Below, piece by piece: positions 16,001 to 29,313 of a DNA stretch of 64,000 nucleotides (the stretch's first letter is position 1; each line of letters opens with the position of its first letter). The position numbers and the translations under genes were made by a program. The notes beneath the pieces were generated by a model that saw nothing but the letters and a program-made list of their open reading frames with translations, was not told the origin of the DNA and searched no databases. Source of the DNA: Catajapyx aquilonaris (Eukaryota); NCBI GenBank assembly GCA_000934665.2, contig KZ538061.1, positions 62,001 to 126,000 on the forward strand, read 5' to 3'.

Positions 16001-16318
16001 AACCCATAGGAGCGAACAAGCCATGACCTTCACCTCCTCACCACGGGTCATCTTGAGCCAACTAGAGGCAACAACGATCCAACGATCCAATGTCACGCAT
16101 CCAACCTGGAGGGCAACAAGTGCGAACCTCCTTCCAGTATTTCCAACCCCCTTTTTTTGTTCTTTACTATAGAGGCAAGCCCCAACCTGCAAGTGTCCCA
16201 TCTCCTTCAACAAGTGGCCACCCTCTAAAATGACCTGTCCGCAGCACAACTCACCGTTCCCAGTGGTGTTGGAGGAATCGGGCACGTCCGTGTCCCTGCA
16301 GCTGGCGTGCATGTACAT
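4061..16318 (-). CDS. CDK14: PFTAIRE/CDK14-like (Eip63E-type) cyclin-dependent kinase, first two coding exons only; gene continues left, with no further exon recognised in this window
   Basis: Exon 4061-4147 (ttgtttcag acceptor, G|gtgagt donor) reads (G)VTMREKKSGTLSRVQKLKKRLSHSFGRL, matching from memory the arthropod Eip63E/CDK14 N-terminal motif GVTMREKK...QKLKKRLSHSFGRL. A candidate first exon 16255-16318 (MYMHASCRDTDVPDSSNTTGN+G|gtgag) is phase 1 and joins in frame (G|GC=Gly) across a ~12 kb intron. The kinase domain is not in the window. Confidence 0.8.
7476..7517. repeat. Short tandem repeat, ~3.5 copies of ctcgtagaaatt(a)
   Basis: Seen directly in the sequence. Confidence 0.8.
8000..8108. 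repeat. Perfect 47-bp inverted repeat with 15-nt spacer (hairpin or minimal MITE) in the CDK14 intron
   Basis: 8000-8046 ccaaaactagtaagggtgaaaatcgcatgcatgccctgcactaatcc is the exact reverse complement of 8062-8108. Confidence 0.9.
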
Positions 16319-17204
16319 GGCACCAGTCAGAGTGTGTCATCCGGAGTGCACATGGCCTCTCCACTGTTGCGGTCCTTTTCCCCACAGGTGACTACCACCG
16401 ACCCGTCCTCCACGGCCACACTGGCCTCTTCTTTTCCACCAGCCTGCCCACCAACTCCATAATGATTCCGCCGCGTCTCTCTCTTCTTCCGAAACTGCCC
16501 CCGCACTTCTGGCGGGCTCAGGGTACACGAATTCCCCGCCAGAGGGAACCCACGTCGTGTGAGGAGAGGGGGAAGGGGTAGGGTGGGCCAAACTGCAGCA
16601 CCCCCGAAAATTTTCGGGCGCTACCAAGGTTGCAGCCAAAGGGGAGGGCATGGCCCGGGTCCAGCCACGTGCCTAGGAGGGCAAATCCTCTACCGAAATA
16701 ATCCGGTGCATTCCAAGCATGCCGCGCTTCCTGGTTTGCCATGCTGAAAACTGCGAATTGTTGACGCCAGCAACAATGGAAATAATCGAATCCCGTTACG
16801 GCGACTTCCAAATGACGTCATTGGGGTGGTTGAGTTTGCGGATGGCAGATGGCAGCACCGGTTGGGCGCCTGAGCGACACGCGGCGGCCGGTTGGGGAAG
16901 CAGTGTTTGTCAATGACTCAATCTCAATGGTGGGTGAGGATCGTCTGGTTAGTGTTTCGGTCTGGATCATTAGACAAGGATAAGAGGCTGATGTTTGCCA
17001 TACGAGTTGGTGCGATCTAGATACAGCAGCACCCGGCGGACTGACGCCCACCAGTTGGGGGTTTGTATATCTCTGGAGGTCCCGTTCATTCAGTATCATG
17101 TGTAGCCAGATGGTGGTGAGTTGACCATGAGGCGTTGGTTGTGTTCCAGGGTGGTCCAGGCTGTGGTCCTGCCCCTGGCCAACTACAAGAGGACCGCCGA
17201 GGGG
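16319..17204. promoter_or_regulatory. GC-rich region between divergent CDK14-like and SLC35F5 start codons (5'UTRs plus putative bidirectional promoter)
   Basis: Less than 0.9 kb separates the divergent start codons, and the region is GC/CpG-richer than the SLC35F5 introns. Transcription start sites are not determined. Confidence 0.5.
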
Positions 17205-20200
17205 ATGAACAAGTCACAGAGGCTCTTCCTGGGCATATTCGTGCTGCTACTGGTCGACCTCATTTGGGTTGCCTCCTCAGAGCTGACTGAAGTATGTCGC
17301 AATATGCAGCCTGCCATTTGGGGTTTGACAGATGGGTTTGTGTGTGTGGCCAAGGATACCTTAGTTTTGTGTGGCTGCATCTTTGCAATACAAGGAGTAT
17401 GGCACTTTAATGCAGTATAAATGGTGCAGCTTATTAATAGCTGCCAAGGATACACTTGCCATGGTTAATGGGCACTCTTGAGTGAAGGATTCAGCCCAAT
17501 TCCCTGCATGGGCTGCTACTCTTTTAAATATGCAAATCCTATAAGGTCAATTTTGTGTGTGGGAAAGGAATAAAATAGCAAGAATAGACAGGTGGAGGGG
17601 AAGTCAGGTACCGGAATTGTGTATTGTAATTTTTGTGTGGGGGTCTGGCCTTGCATGACTGCATAACATTGGGGCAAGGGGAAAAACGCACATTTTTCTA
17701 GTTCCCACTCATTTTGATCTTTTAATTTATACAGTATCATTTTGTCAATGAAACAGGTAGCAAAGAAACTGTTTTAAACTTTTCTTACTAGCTGAACAGA
17801 TTTCAATCCCTGGAAAAAATCTGCCACATGTTGGTATTCAGGAAATATTCCAATTATCACAGATTATACTACTTGCCTGCATGCTGGTAAACCTCATAAT
17901 ATACTGGCATATGTATATGTGCCAAAAGGCTATAATCATTAATCAATAATGATATAGTGAACAGGCAGTCACATTGCCTCACCAGGTCTGGAATTACACA
18001 TTCCGGCTTTGATGTCTGCTTCGTGACTGTTGTTTGTATTGACAATGCCCAATGAAATTAATTTTTACACCCCTGAAGTTGACACAAGGGAGTTATGACT
18101 GTATTTTTATGCTGGCACATTTCCCGCATGGTAAGTCATATATGAGATAATATTTTATGAGGCTCTAACATTTAAAATTTGAGAAGACATGTTGTGTGCA
18201 GCTCAAAAATACATGTTTGTGAATGTGCCAAATATCTTTAGACAACTTCAAAAATGTGCAGTGGTAGATGAGACATTTACACCTTGTCCTTTCTTGTATT
18301 TTCAATATGTCCTACATTTTGTGTAGTGTCACCATCTTGCTTTGTGTACCCATGGTGATTTAAGAATTATGAACCATTTTAACAAGAGGAAACGATGCCA
18401 GTGCTACGCACAGGAGTGCCAAGATATTTATGGTTACTGCCCTGGCCACTGGGGCCTCATAAGCTAACTGCTTTCCTATTTACTCTGATGATTTATGAAA
18501 GCATCATTTTTGATATGTGTGCAGGCAGTTTGAACTTCTCCGTCACACTTGATGTACCTCTCGTAACTTTGAGACATGAATGAAAGCATATCGTAGCGTA
18601 ATCTCAAAGTAGGTAAGTCATAGTAAGCTTTGTGTGCTGTGGCTGTTCAAGGGGCCTGCAGTTGTTATTTTCCACAAAACCCAGAATGTACTGCATATTG
18701 CATTTTTATTAATGTGATTAATTTAGTGAGTTTAGATTGAATCAAAATGTAATCATTACATTTTCAGTACATCTTCCATGAAGAGAAATTTGAGAAGCCC
18801 TTTTTTACTACTTACCTCAAGACCTCACTCTTCGCCACTTTCCTACTTGGCTTCTGCATCTGGCCGCCATGGAGGGAACAGTGCCGAAGACATCAATCAT
18901 ACACAGTAAGTTATACACCTCAGCAAATTTGGTATTGCAGCCACAATGTTAACACACTCATTTATTTTGTGAATCCAAGTACATGGAGCACAATCACAAT
19001 CACAATCACGAGTACAACTGCCTGCCAACAGCAGATGTCGATTCAACACTGGTAAATACTACATTGTAGTTTCCTGTTTACAAACATTTTGACTGCAAAC
19101 ATTTTCATTTCCAGAGCACTCCAACATATGTGCCTCTACGCTTCCAAGATGGCAGCGAAAAGGGGTCTGGGACTGAAAGTGATGATTCCTCATTAAAGTC
19201 GGTCAGATTCAGCAAGTTGGCTGAAGTGAGTCAGCTCCTTGGTAAAGAAATGTTTAAGGGATCAAATTTTGTAAGTTTTTTTTTCTTCCTAGGTCCGGCA
19301 TATGTCAACCTCAGAGGCAGCTGAAGCACTGTTGGCAAGATTGTCATATGAGGCAAGCGTGAGGGCAGAGGAGAGTGCAAGGAGGCAGGCAAATAAACTG
19401 CCCATATATGAAGTTGTGAAGATTGCATTCACCTTCTGCTTCATGGTCAGCAGCATATTTTTATCTAGAATATAAAATTTATCAGCTGTGGTTATGTGCA
19501 AGCAGTTGTGGTAAAAAAATTAGTTACACAACCTGGTGTTATTGTCAAGAATTGGAGTGTGTAGCCGAGAATGTTTTCTCATAGGAAACTATTGGATTGG
19601 CCTAGAAACTGTCCTCAGCATTCTTAGCCAGTGTTTCACTATACATTTTTTGGGAACCAAAATGATACTTACAGCCAAGGGTCTTGGCAGGATCATGAAA
19701 TCTTCACATAATCACTATTGCTGTTTGTGCATGACTCAACCTTTGAAGAGCAACAATTTGGACTTGGCAGCCAAGATTCTGCATAATGTGAGACTGAAAG
19801 GGAGCGCTCAAGAGTCTGTTTGTGAATAATGCAAGCACAATTATTGGATTCTTGTTAACCTGAGTGCCAGCAGTGAGAGGCATTTTAAAAATTGCATTTC
19901 TTGTCCTTTCAGAAAGCCATTGCATTTGAAATGTTCAAAATTGAATTGTTTCCAAAGAGTTGGTTGCAAATGTTCTAGGTCATGAAAAGGAGGAGTATTT
20001 TTGTTTCTAACAATTATTTTGTTTAATTCCACATCATGTCACTTTGGATTGGGTGACATTACCATATTATCCTGCAAAATTAAAGCCTGACTGTAAAATC
20101 AAGGTGGACCAGATTTTAGTAAATCCACATCTGATGGATGTACCGACCTGCTTGGTATAGAGCATGGTTTTGTCTACATTTCACATATAAGGCACTGTAC

Positions 20201-23200
20201 GCATTAACTACGCAATGGAGCCAAAAACTCAATCTACATCCCTATAAAGTGAATCATTGGTTATCCGAATACCGATCAACTGAAGCATCGGTTAACCGAA
20301 AGCGTTCAAGTCGGCAAATTCAAATTTGAGCACAAGATTTAGCAGCAAAAAAATGAGTCTCAGCTCTCAAGCAAAAGAAAATACATCTATCTAATGGACT
20401 TCTTTTCCCAAACTGTAGGCCTACTTTAATGTATGTAGTGTACGGTATACTACTTTATGTAAGGTATATGAATTTTTAAGACGACTGTGATACAAAATAT
20501 ACAGTTGTGCGTTTAATATCACTATTTTTTGTTTCATATTGCCCGGCTATGACACCGGTACAATTTTTCCCTGTAAATGATCGGTTATCTGAAAAATCAG
20601 TTATCCGAACACCCCCATTCCCCCATTGTTTCGGATAATCGATGCTCCACTCTATTAGTTTTGCAAGTACTGTGTACCAGACTAACTGGCGATTGGCCAC
20701 GAAAATTCCTTCACCCTGTATAGACATTCAGTATAAATGAAAATACCAAATTATTTTCAAAGCAAGGAATAACTGTACTTCATTTTACTTGTATACTGGC
20801 TGACCAGCTCCCCTGCAATACACTGCTTCCTAGTCAGGCACTGGCATGACACAACCTGTGGTGTGATACTGTATTCATCTGACATGTAAAGTGTAGGCAC
20901 CTAACTTGTTGTTACATTTCGCTGCATCTTTCTTTCTTGCAGTGGTTCATTGCCAGCTATTCATACCAGATGGCCCTGTCTGAGACTGAAGCTGCAGTGG
21001 TCAATGTCTTGTCCTCTAGTTCCAGTCTGTTCACACTTATATTGGCAGCCATCTTTCCAGCCAATGCAGGCGACAAGATCACAGTGTCGAAGTTCACTGC
21101 TGTGCTGATTAGTTTATGCGGAGTCGTAAGTGACCTATTTTTTAATGAGGGTAATGCAACAAGTGCAGTATAATAATAATTGCAATCCCTGAAAATGTTC
21201 ACACGGCCTGTAATTCCCTTGCACACTGTTGCTGATTAATGAGGAAGCTCAGTTTCTTTTTTGGAATTATTTTCTGTTAATGAAATTGTTCATTATTTGT
21301 ATGAATCACTGCTCATGAGAGGTTATTCAAGTGAGTGCTGCTACTTGCTGATGTTGTGTGCACAAGGTTTTATAATGTTTAGCTGCAGCAATGCATGCAT
21401 GCAGCCTTCCATGTGGTATAGCCTAAATAATTGAGGTGTCAATCAAGGAAAATATTCTTCTTTCACTGATATTAAGCATTTCGTGGATATTTCATGCAGT
21501 TTTTACAGTCATAAAATATTCATGTGGCAATTCCCTTTCAATAATTAACTTGGCATTTTAAACTCTTATGTCAGTTACATGACTTCTTCCTTGTTTGGCA
21601 GATTTTAGTGAGCATGTCAGATGTGAAGATGGAGCCCCATCTCCCAATGGGTGCCATCATGGCTGTGGTGAGCGCTGTCTTCTATGCCTGCTACATCGTA
21701 TTTCTTCGTAGAAAAGTGGACAATGAGGATAAGATGGACATTCCCATGTTTTTTGGTAATATTTTTATTTTACAATTGGTTGCCTAGCTTTATATGTAAT
21801 GTCATGGACCCTTATTTTAATTAACTTTTTCTCCCTTATGCTAACTAATCTGTTTTATAGGGAAATGCTGCAATGTGGTGATGATAATAATTGATGTCTT
21901 ACTAAATAGGAAAATTTCTTCATAGTGATGCTAAATATGCACAGTTCATTGGTAAATCATCAATTGCCAACACCTGTAAGGATTTTTTGGTTATCACATT
22001 GTACTGTGTCTTAGTCCTTTAATATTCTGAAACATTCTGCAGCAGCCTTCGTAGACTCCTCATAAAGTAAACCTTAGCATAATGAGAGAGAGAGAAACTT
22101 TTTGGTTGTTGAAATTCAGCAGAATTTATTCGTGGATTCTCCCCTCCTGTGGTTCTGCACAGTTCAGTTGAATTTTATTTCTGTCATGGGGTGCTATTGC
22201 TCACAACACTGACCAATAAGAAATTACTTGAACCTTGGTTGACTTGAGGAACCTGTCATCAAACTAAGCAACCTTGGTCACCTCCTAAACAAACCAAATC
22301 ACTCTTGCAAAAGAGAGGTGAGAGGAGCTATCTATAATATTAAAATCCTTGCATTGTTTGACTGAGTCCTCTGATTGGTTTGCCACATATTGTTGTTACC
22401 GTGATGCTTCCTATTGGCCCACATTCAACGCATGTGCAGTGGGTGGACACAGCGCCGTTGGTGGGTGGGAGTAGAAACTGTTCACTAGATTGTGACATTT
22501 TTGTCTATCTACCTTCACTTTAGAAATCTTATTGAGCACAAACTCTAGACTGAAACTGATTTTTTTTTAGGTAACTTTTCTGCACTGGTTACGAAATTTA
22601 CATGAATGCTACAGCTCATTTCCTTGGATTCGCTCCAATTGGCTCCTTACATTGTGCCATTCATGTTCTGTACTAAGAATGATTATTTTTTTATTTTCCT
22701 TGCAGCGTTTGTGGGTCTGTTCAATTTTGTCCTCCTCTGGCCCCTATTCTTCTTTCTGGAGTACCTGCAGGTGGAGACGTTTGAGTGGCCGACCAGAGAA
22801 CAGTGGCTGTACCTGGTGGTCAATGGGATTGTTGGGACAGTGGTGTCTGAGATACTGTGGCTCTGGTCAGTGTCATTTTAATGATGTGGAATAGAAGTCT
22901 TAAGTGTATGAAATGCGACCTAGGGGCTCAGCCTCACTGGTGGAATTTACAGTGGAGAAAGCCACCAAAAATTTTAAGTAGCTATTGCTGCTTTCACCGT
23001 CTATTTCAAAACAACTCGTATGAAATAGATCCTGAAATTTGTGGACTACTAAATTATGACTTGCAATCTCCATTTGCAGGGATAAGCTACTTATAATTTT
23101 TGCTCACCTTCTTTGTTGGAATTGCACCCAGGGGCTGGGGCCTTCGGCTTGACACTACAGCAGTGTATTTATTTATTCTTAATACATTTTACAACAGGTT

Positions 23201-23935
23201 GGAAAAGTAGTTGTAGTATCTGATTAGCTGTGACTCTTATAGCTGTGCAGGTAATTTGCAGCCAAAAAAATTTGGTCATTTCTGTTATGTAGTCATAATT
23301 TTGAGATAATGGGAGATAAGGTAAATAAGAAAACAGCCTTGAAGACAGTGATATCAGCTATCATGATTCATGCAAGGTGTTAATGAGTTTCTCAAGTACA
23401 CTTGCAAATTCCCACAATGTGCAAATGGCAAGTGCCATTATGAGAGCGTGGCATGATGCATAGCATGAAATGCTTCTCACCTTGGGAAAATTCACCCGCA
23501 GCAGATATAATCTCATGTCTTAATTTCATGTTGCAGGGGATGTTTCCTGACCTCGTCCCTCATGGCAACACTGTCTTTGAGCTTGACCATTCCCATGTCA
23601 ATGATGGCAGATGTGATGTTCAAAAATGTCAAGTATCCCCTGCTGTTTTATGTTGGGAGTGCGCCCATGTTCTTGGCATTTTTTGCAGTCACACTACTGG
23701 CACATTATGAGAACTGGGACCCAATAGTAGAAGTGGCAAAAAGGGCTTGCTATTCCTGCTGTTATGGCAGGGGTGTTGTGAGGTGGGTTACTGTTCAGCC
23801 GTTACTTTTGATGGTAGTTATAAATATCATTAATAAATCAATAAAATGCCTTTTTTTGTTTTCAGGATACGAGACTGTGATCGTGAGCAAACTGAATCAC
23901 TGATTGGAATCAATCTGGCAGAACATGAAGCATAA
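17205..23935 (+). CDS. SLC35F5: Solute carrier family 35 member F5 (EamA/DMT transporter), 10 coding exons, ~457 aa
   Basis: Exons 17205-17291, 18768-18905, 18980-19051, 19115-19225, 19293-19445, 20943-21125, 21602-21755, 22706-22865, 23537-23782, 23866-23935. All introns are GT-AG and frame-consistent. Translation includes [121 protein letters not shown], typical of SLC35F5. The start could lie slightly upstream (open frame from 17121). AATAAA at ~24815. Confidence 0.93.
20247..20652. mobile_element. Degenerate Tc1/pogo(Tigger)-like MITE in an SLC35F5 intron
   Basis: Imperfect TIRs: ta|aagtgaatcattggttatccgaa at left versus reverse complement of the right end ta|gagtggagcatcgattatccgaa. TA flanks, with subterminal ggttatccgaa-like repeats. 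Confidence 0.6.
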
Positions 23936-26115
23936 TTGTGCTCGGAGGAGCAGAACACAGCAAAATATTGTGATCATTAATATAACATACTTAATATATT
24001 TGGTGAAAAAGACTGACTGAGATTTGGGAGGCAAGAAGCACCAGTATTTTTAACGAGGCCTTACCATCAGTGTTTTGTTCTTAACCATATCATTCAGAAA
24101 GGTAGTGAAAGCTGTCACATTCCATTATTTCAGTTTAGTCACTTTCAAGATGGTGCAATGTGTACATTTAAAGAGCAAACACATATTGCCGAATGTCGTC
24201 AGTTAAATGTCTCGTTGCTTTTTGAAAGATGGGCTTAAAGATGCTATTTAAAGAATTTAGGGACCATTCGTAGATTTTATGTGTTTTAAGCAGATGTATA
24301 TATTCACTTTTAGTTGAGTTGATCTCAAGTCTCATGTGATGTAATACTATGTTAATGCAGTAAATGTGATGTGTTAAGGTCCTTGACTGGAGAAAATTCT
24401 GTACATTTGTGCTAAATGGTGCAATGCTGTAGCCAGAGAAGCTGTTATTGATACCTCCAAAGTGTTGATCTAAGTCATAGAGTGGTTACAAATAATTATG
24501 CAATGTGGTAAGAAGATCTTAACCTGGGAATATTTTGCCTGTTATGTTACCAGTTAATAAGTGGGATTCCAAAGCCAGTTTTTCCTTTCCAAACAGAAGC
24601 ATCGTTAACACTGATGGAGACTTGTTTCTGCTGGGAAAGAGAAACTATGATAGCTTGCATTTTCCTCATTTGTTCAACTGGATATGCTGCAGCCAAATAC
24701 TGCCAGGTTATGATCTTTTAACTAGAGACACATTCCAATGTGAACTGGGCTACTTGGTCTTAACGGTAATACCGTACTTGTTGAAGATTTAATTTTTGAA
24801 AGTGAAAGTGTCATAATAAATACACAAATAAATGAGTTGTATGAGTATTTATTTTTTTTATTTCAGATTACCCAACCTCTTTGCATTGTTATTGATTGTG
24901 AAAATAGATTGAGTGCTTCTGTTTCTTTGTACTTAAATTAAAGGTGGGAATGCAGGAATGCCTAATGGCAATAGCTTATTAGCTCTTGCTAATTGTGATA
25001 TCCAGTATACCATATGTTACTTCATTACTGCACATGTTAAAGCAGATCCCTTGTATTATTGCACACTAATTTTTCGAAACAAGAGAACGAAATCAACTCA
25101 ATGACATGCTAAAGCTTTTGTAAGTTAACTGAATGATGCACCATTTAAGGTAGCTACATGCATTAGCTGATAACATGTCAGTAAGAAGTTTTTGCCATGA
25201 TCCGAGGTGGAGAAGGTGTCTCATAATGCTTCCGACAGCATTCTGTGGTGTACGCGTGTGTGGGATGAGTAGTTGGATATTGGCTAACCATTCTGAGACG
25301 TCATTTCTCTCTGCAGATCCATTATGGATTTGTGAGGTAATTGAGTTCGTTATTCCATCTGCGTCGCGGTTACAGCTTATTCGATCCTTAAATCGCCTCG
25401 GAGATTGCCTGCTACATGTTACACGCAGGGAGTTGAAACTGCTGTGACACCCATCTACATTTTAAAATAAAGGCACTGTCGCATGAAGGGTCGCCTACCT
25501 ACCAGGATATGTTACACCATGTGTTTGAAGGCCATTATCATTCTAATGAGTCCGAAGACCTACCAAGTTACAGTTCTTCACATAATTGGAAGGTGATCAT
25601 CTGGTCCCCATGAGTTTACCATAACGTTGTCGAAAACCACGTGGTTGGGACCACACAGAACAGGCTCGATTAAAATAATATCCGACTTTTACTTGAATTT
25701 AAGCCGACTTTTATTTACCATTCAGTTGGGTGGCAATAACCGCAGTTATTTTAATTTATAGACAAATCAACGCTAAAGGTATGACTGTGTGACATCCGAG
25801 GGTCCCCATAGCAAATTTTCTTCAGGTGGAAAAAATTCCCTACTGTTTCTTGTTGTGTTTTGCCCCTTTGGACCTGAAATGGAATTTACTTTCATTCTTC
25901 TATGGAGTCCTATTCTTCCATCTTAACGGGATGCAGCCAAATTTAGCATGACTTTCGGGTAGAAATGACCACTTTCCCTGGGCCACTCGGAAACAAGATC
26001 TAGGTCACAAGGGGGCAAAAGGGTGCCCATAAAAGGTGAGAGGTGACCGGACATTTGTGTCAGTTGGTGATCACTAAATTTGAAGAAACAGCACCCAGTG
26101 TCAGTCTCAGCAGAT

Positions 26116-26530
26116 ATGGGATCTTCCGTGATGGTAAGGACACATTGTGGCTTCCAGATACTGGAATTTTAATACTCGAGCATTGTTGAAGATATTGGTC
26201 GTCCTGGCGGTGGTGGCCGCAACAATGGCCTACCCTCTGGAGCAAACCCCGGCCGAGGATCGAAGCTTTCTTGGACCGTTTGAGATCAACCCTTTCTTCG
26301 GCTACAGGAAGTTCAAAGAAATCCGCTACGAGCCACTCACAGCTCCGTTCCCAGGGATCATGCCCGTGGCAGGCGGCCCCGGGGTGCCCCCACCACCCCC
26401 ACCTCCAGGTGGATTCGGACCAGGAATGATGCCCAACCCTGTCCACATCCCGCCCCAGATGGCCCAACCATACGGGTCACCTTTCGGCATGGGAGGACCA
26501 GGTGGAATTGGAGGAATGGGAGTCTTTTAG
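26116..26530 (+). CDS. Secreted Pro/Gly/Met-rich peptide precursor, 118 aa (cluster gene 1)
   Basis: CATAAAA at 26028. Exon1 26116-26133 MGSSVM|gtaagg, 58-nt phase-0 intron, exon2 26192-26530 ILVVLAVVAATMA-YPLEQTPAEDRSFLGPFEINPFFGYRKF...PPPPPPPGGFGPGMM...GGMGVF*. AATAAA ~26854. Confidence 0.85.
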
Positions 26531-28494
26531 GTATGCTTCGACCATTACGGCTTCAACCAGAGAATGGTACACAAGACTTTAATTGCTAGCTTAATTGTTG
26601 ACATTTATTATGTCAGAGCCATTTTCTGGTTAAAGCACAAATTATTAGGGCATTTATTCATAGAATTTAGTAATAACAGACACTTTATTGCTCCAGGTAG
26701 ATGCTGCCATTAGATGTGACTGATCAGTGTTACTGCCGTAGCTTTTTATACGTTTTTGAGTGCTATTTTTTATATCATGACACCACAGACATGTTCCTAT
26801 CTGTGTAAATATTCATTTCATAGTTTAACTTAATGTGTGCTAATTGTGTGTTGAATAAAAAACCCAAACAAAGCTGTGCGTTACTGAGTTGCCCTTGGTC
26901 GTTGTTTCAGCAGTTTATTAATCAGCCAGGAGCATCATCAGATGGGAAATATTTATGCCGTTATTTGGCATATGCCCTCTTCAAAACTTCAGCTACTGCA
27001 AAAAAAGAACAATATTCATGTCGTGTTTGCCCTTCACTTTTGATTTCGGCACCCTTTTTGCAGCATCATACTGTGTGTGTATATTCGGTTTATTATTATG
27101 CCCGGATATTTTCTGAACTCAGGATGCTCGTACTTTTTTACCTTGCCATTTTTTTTGCAACACACTGGTATGCTGCCTGATTGATTAACACATCGAAGGC
27201 TACCCGAAGGCTGCAGTTTAGCATGCCAAATGCGACTCCTCTTCAGGACATAAAGGATCTTTATCTCGTCACGGGCTGTCCTCGACTATTATGAACGTAC
27301 GCCCTACCCACATTTGCCGCCTATGATGAACTACAACGGTCTGGTGATGTCGAAACAGCAGTAATTTAGTGTTACCTTTCTATTCCGGCATCCAAATCTC
27401 CGACGGTTATGCTGCAAACCAAGGAGTGACAGTTCATTACGAGTCGTGCCATATTTTTCCAGCTTTTTCTTTTCCGTTCGTCATTCAAAGTCACGATTGC
27501 GCCATGAGGAAAAACCCTGGTTCCTAAATTGTGCCTGTTGGGTAGTACCAGCATCAATCTTTTTGGCACTTGCTACTCCAAGACTACTGGGGACTTATCA
27601 CGTGTAACAAACAGACCTGAAAATTGTATGTATTACGCAATTGTATTTTTTTCTTAGCGTGAAAGTACAAGAGTAGTCATCTGTGGGAGCTGGTGACCAT
27701 GACGAATAAAAAGCATCAACACTTTCTTGGCTCTCCTGGCTGGCTTGGACCGTCATTTTTGTCCACCATCATCCGCTTGGGGCACAAAGACCAAGCAAAC
27801 TATTGGGACGTGACCAGTAGAGATGACAACACCTCCTTCCCGCGGGAACTTTGTCTTGTTGGTCCCGTTACACTCAAAGCCCGTATTTCACTTTCCCCCC
27901 GCCGAGTCATTCTTTCTTGAGCCTTCTGGCGACCAACGGGCGGAAGGACTTAATGGATTTGTGCTATTTCTCAATAATATAATATATATGCTCGTAAATT
28001 AAATGGTGAAAGGTGATGCGTATGTATAGTGTCGCAACTAGATTGCTGGTTGTCTCTTCTTGTTAACGAATGCCAATGTCACTTTTGGTGTCGGTTTAGC
28101 AGCGAGTTGGTCCAGGGACGGTCTTTGTCATGGTTTTGCAAGTCATGCGGTGTAATACGGGAAACATCGAGGGGCCTGTTCTAAGTCGATGATGGCCTCT
28201 GACGCCTCAGGTGGTAATTGCAGGGTATGGGGTGGTGAAACTAAACGGAAATAAATAAGTGATGGTAATAACTCTATCAACATCGTAAGTAGAGGGATGG
28301 GCCAGACAGTACTTCCTTTTGAATGACGTCAGGGTGATGGTACTGCTTGACCAATGTAAAGACACTGGACCTGACTAACCTCAAACCTCAAGAAAGGCAG
28401 GCATGTGAACGCCAGTCTTTATAACCAGCGTCACCAATATCTTGGAGTGATTTATAAGTGTTACGACTGAAGCTTTTCCTAGAACTGAATTGTA

Positions 28495-28635
28495 CCATGG
28501 GGCTCAAATTGTTTTGGCCACTTTATCCTGGTCTTGAAGCAACCCTTACACACACACACTTGCTCAACGTGGGGCCTGTGCGAAGGGTTGCTTCAAGACC
28601 AGGATAAAGTGGCCAAAATAATTTGAGCCCCATAG
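28495..28635. mobile_element. 141-bp hairpin MITE with ~53-bp TIRs and TA flanks
   Basis: ta|ccatggggctcaaattgttttggccactttatcctggtcttgaagcaaccctt ... aagggttgcttcaagaccaggataaagtggccaaaataatttgagccccatag|ta; 2 mismatches between arms. Confidence 0.8.
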
Positions 28636-29313
28636 TAATTTGCCTGTGACAAGTGAGTGCTCAGAATTTGAGGCATATGACCCAAGTTACATGCTGGAAC
28701 TTACAGTTGACATTATTTGGCCTAAGTCAAAGTTTGTTGAGTGTTTTACCGCAATTCGGTAACATGCATATAAAAGCAATTTTACCAGGAATAAATGTTG
28801 ATCAAACAATTGACTCTCTCCAAAAGTCCAGATCCACTCGCCTTACATTCAACCCGGCACTTTTACCTCATAATATTTATTTTTCCGGTATGGTTGTTTG
28901 ACTGGTCACGTTCTCTCAGTAAACAAACACCTCCTATGCCATAAGGAAGCCTCCTCTTGACCAACCCACCATTGACGGTAAAGTGCTCTTCCCATGGTTC
29001 CTCCCACGATCAACAAAAAAAAATCAGCAAGACAAGCAACCTTGGCCTCTTTCTCCCCATGAAAGCAAGATCATACCCACTTCCTACATGTGTTTTTTTG
29101 CACATCCTCAAGAGCTCCCTCCCTCGAGACAGTGATCTGTCACTAACATAAGTGATTACTGGTCACCTAGACAGCGGGTGAAACCGCACTGCTTCCATCC
29201 GGGTATAAAAGGAGACGCCTTGAAGTCAGACCATTCTTTTGAAGGACTTGTACGCACTTTCTTCGTGCTCTTCATCAGCTCTATATCTTCGCAGTCTCTT
29301 GTTTTCTTCGGCG

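Noticed and set aside
25820..25990. NF-kB-like sites (ggaaaaaattccc, actttccc) upstream of gene 1
   Set aside because: Poor consensus match and not obviously repeated at other cluster promoters, so not evidence for immune regulation.
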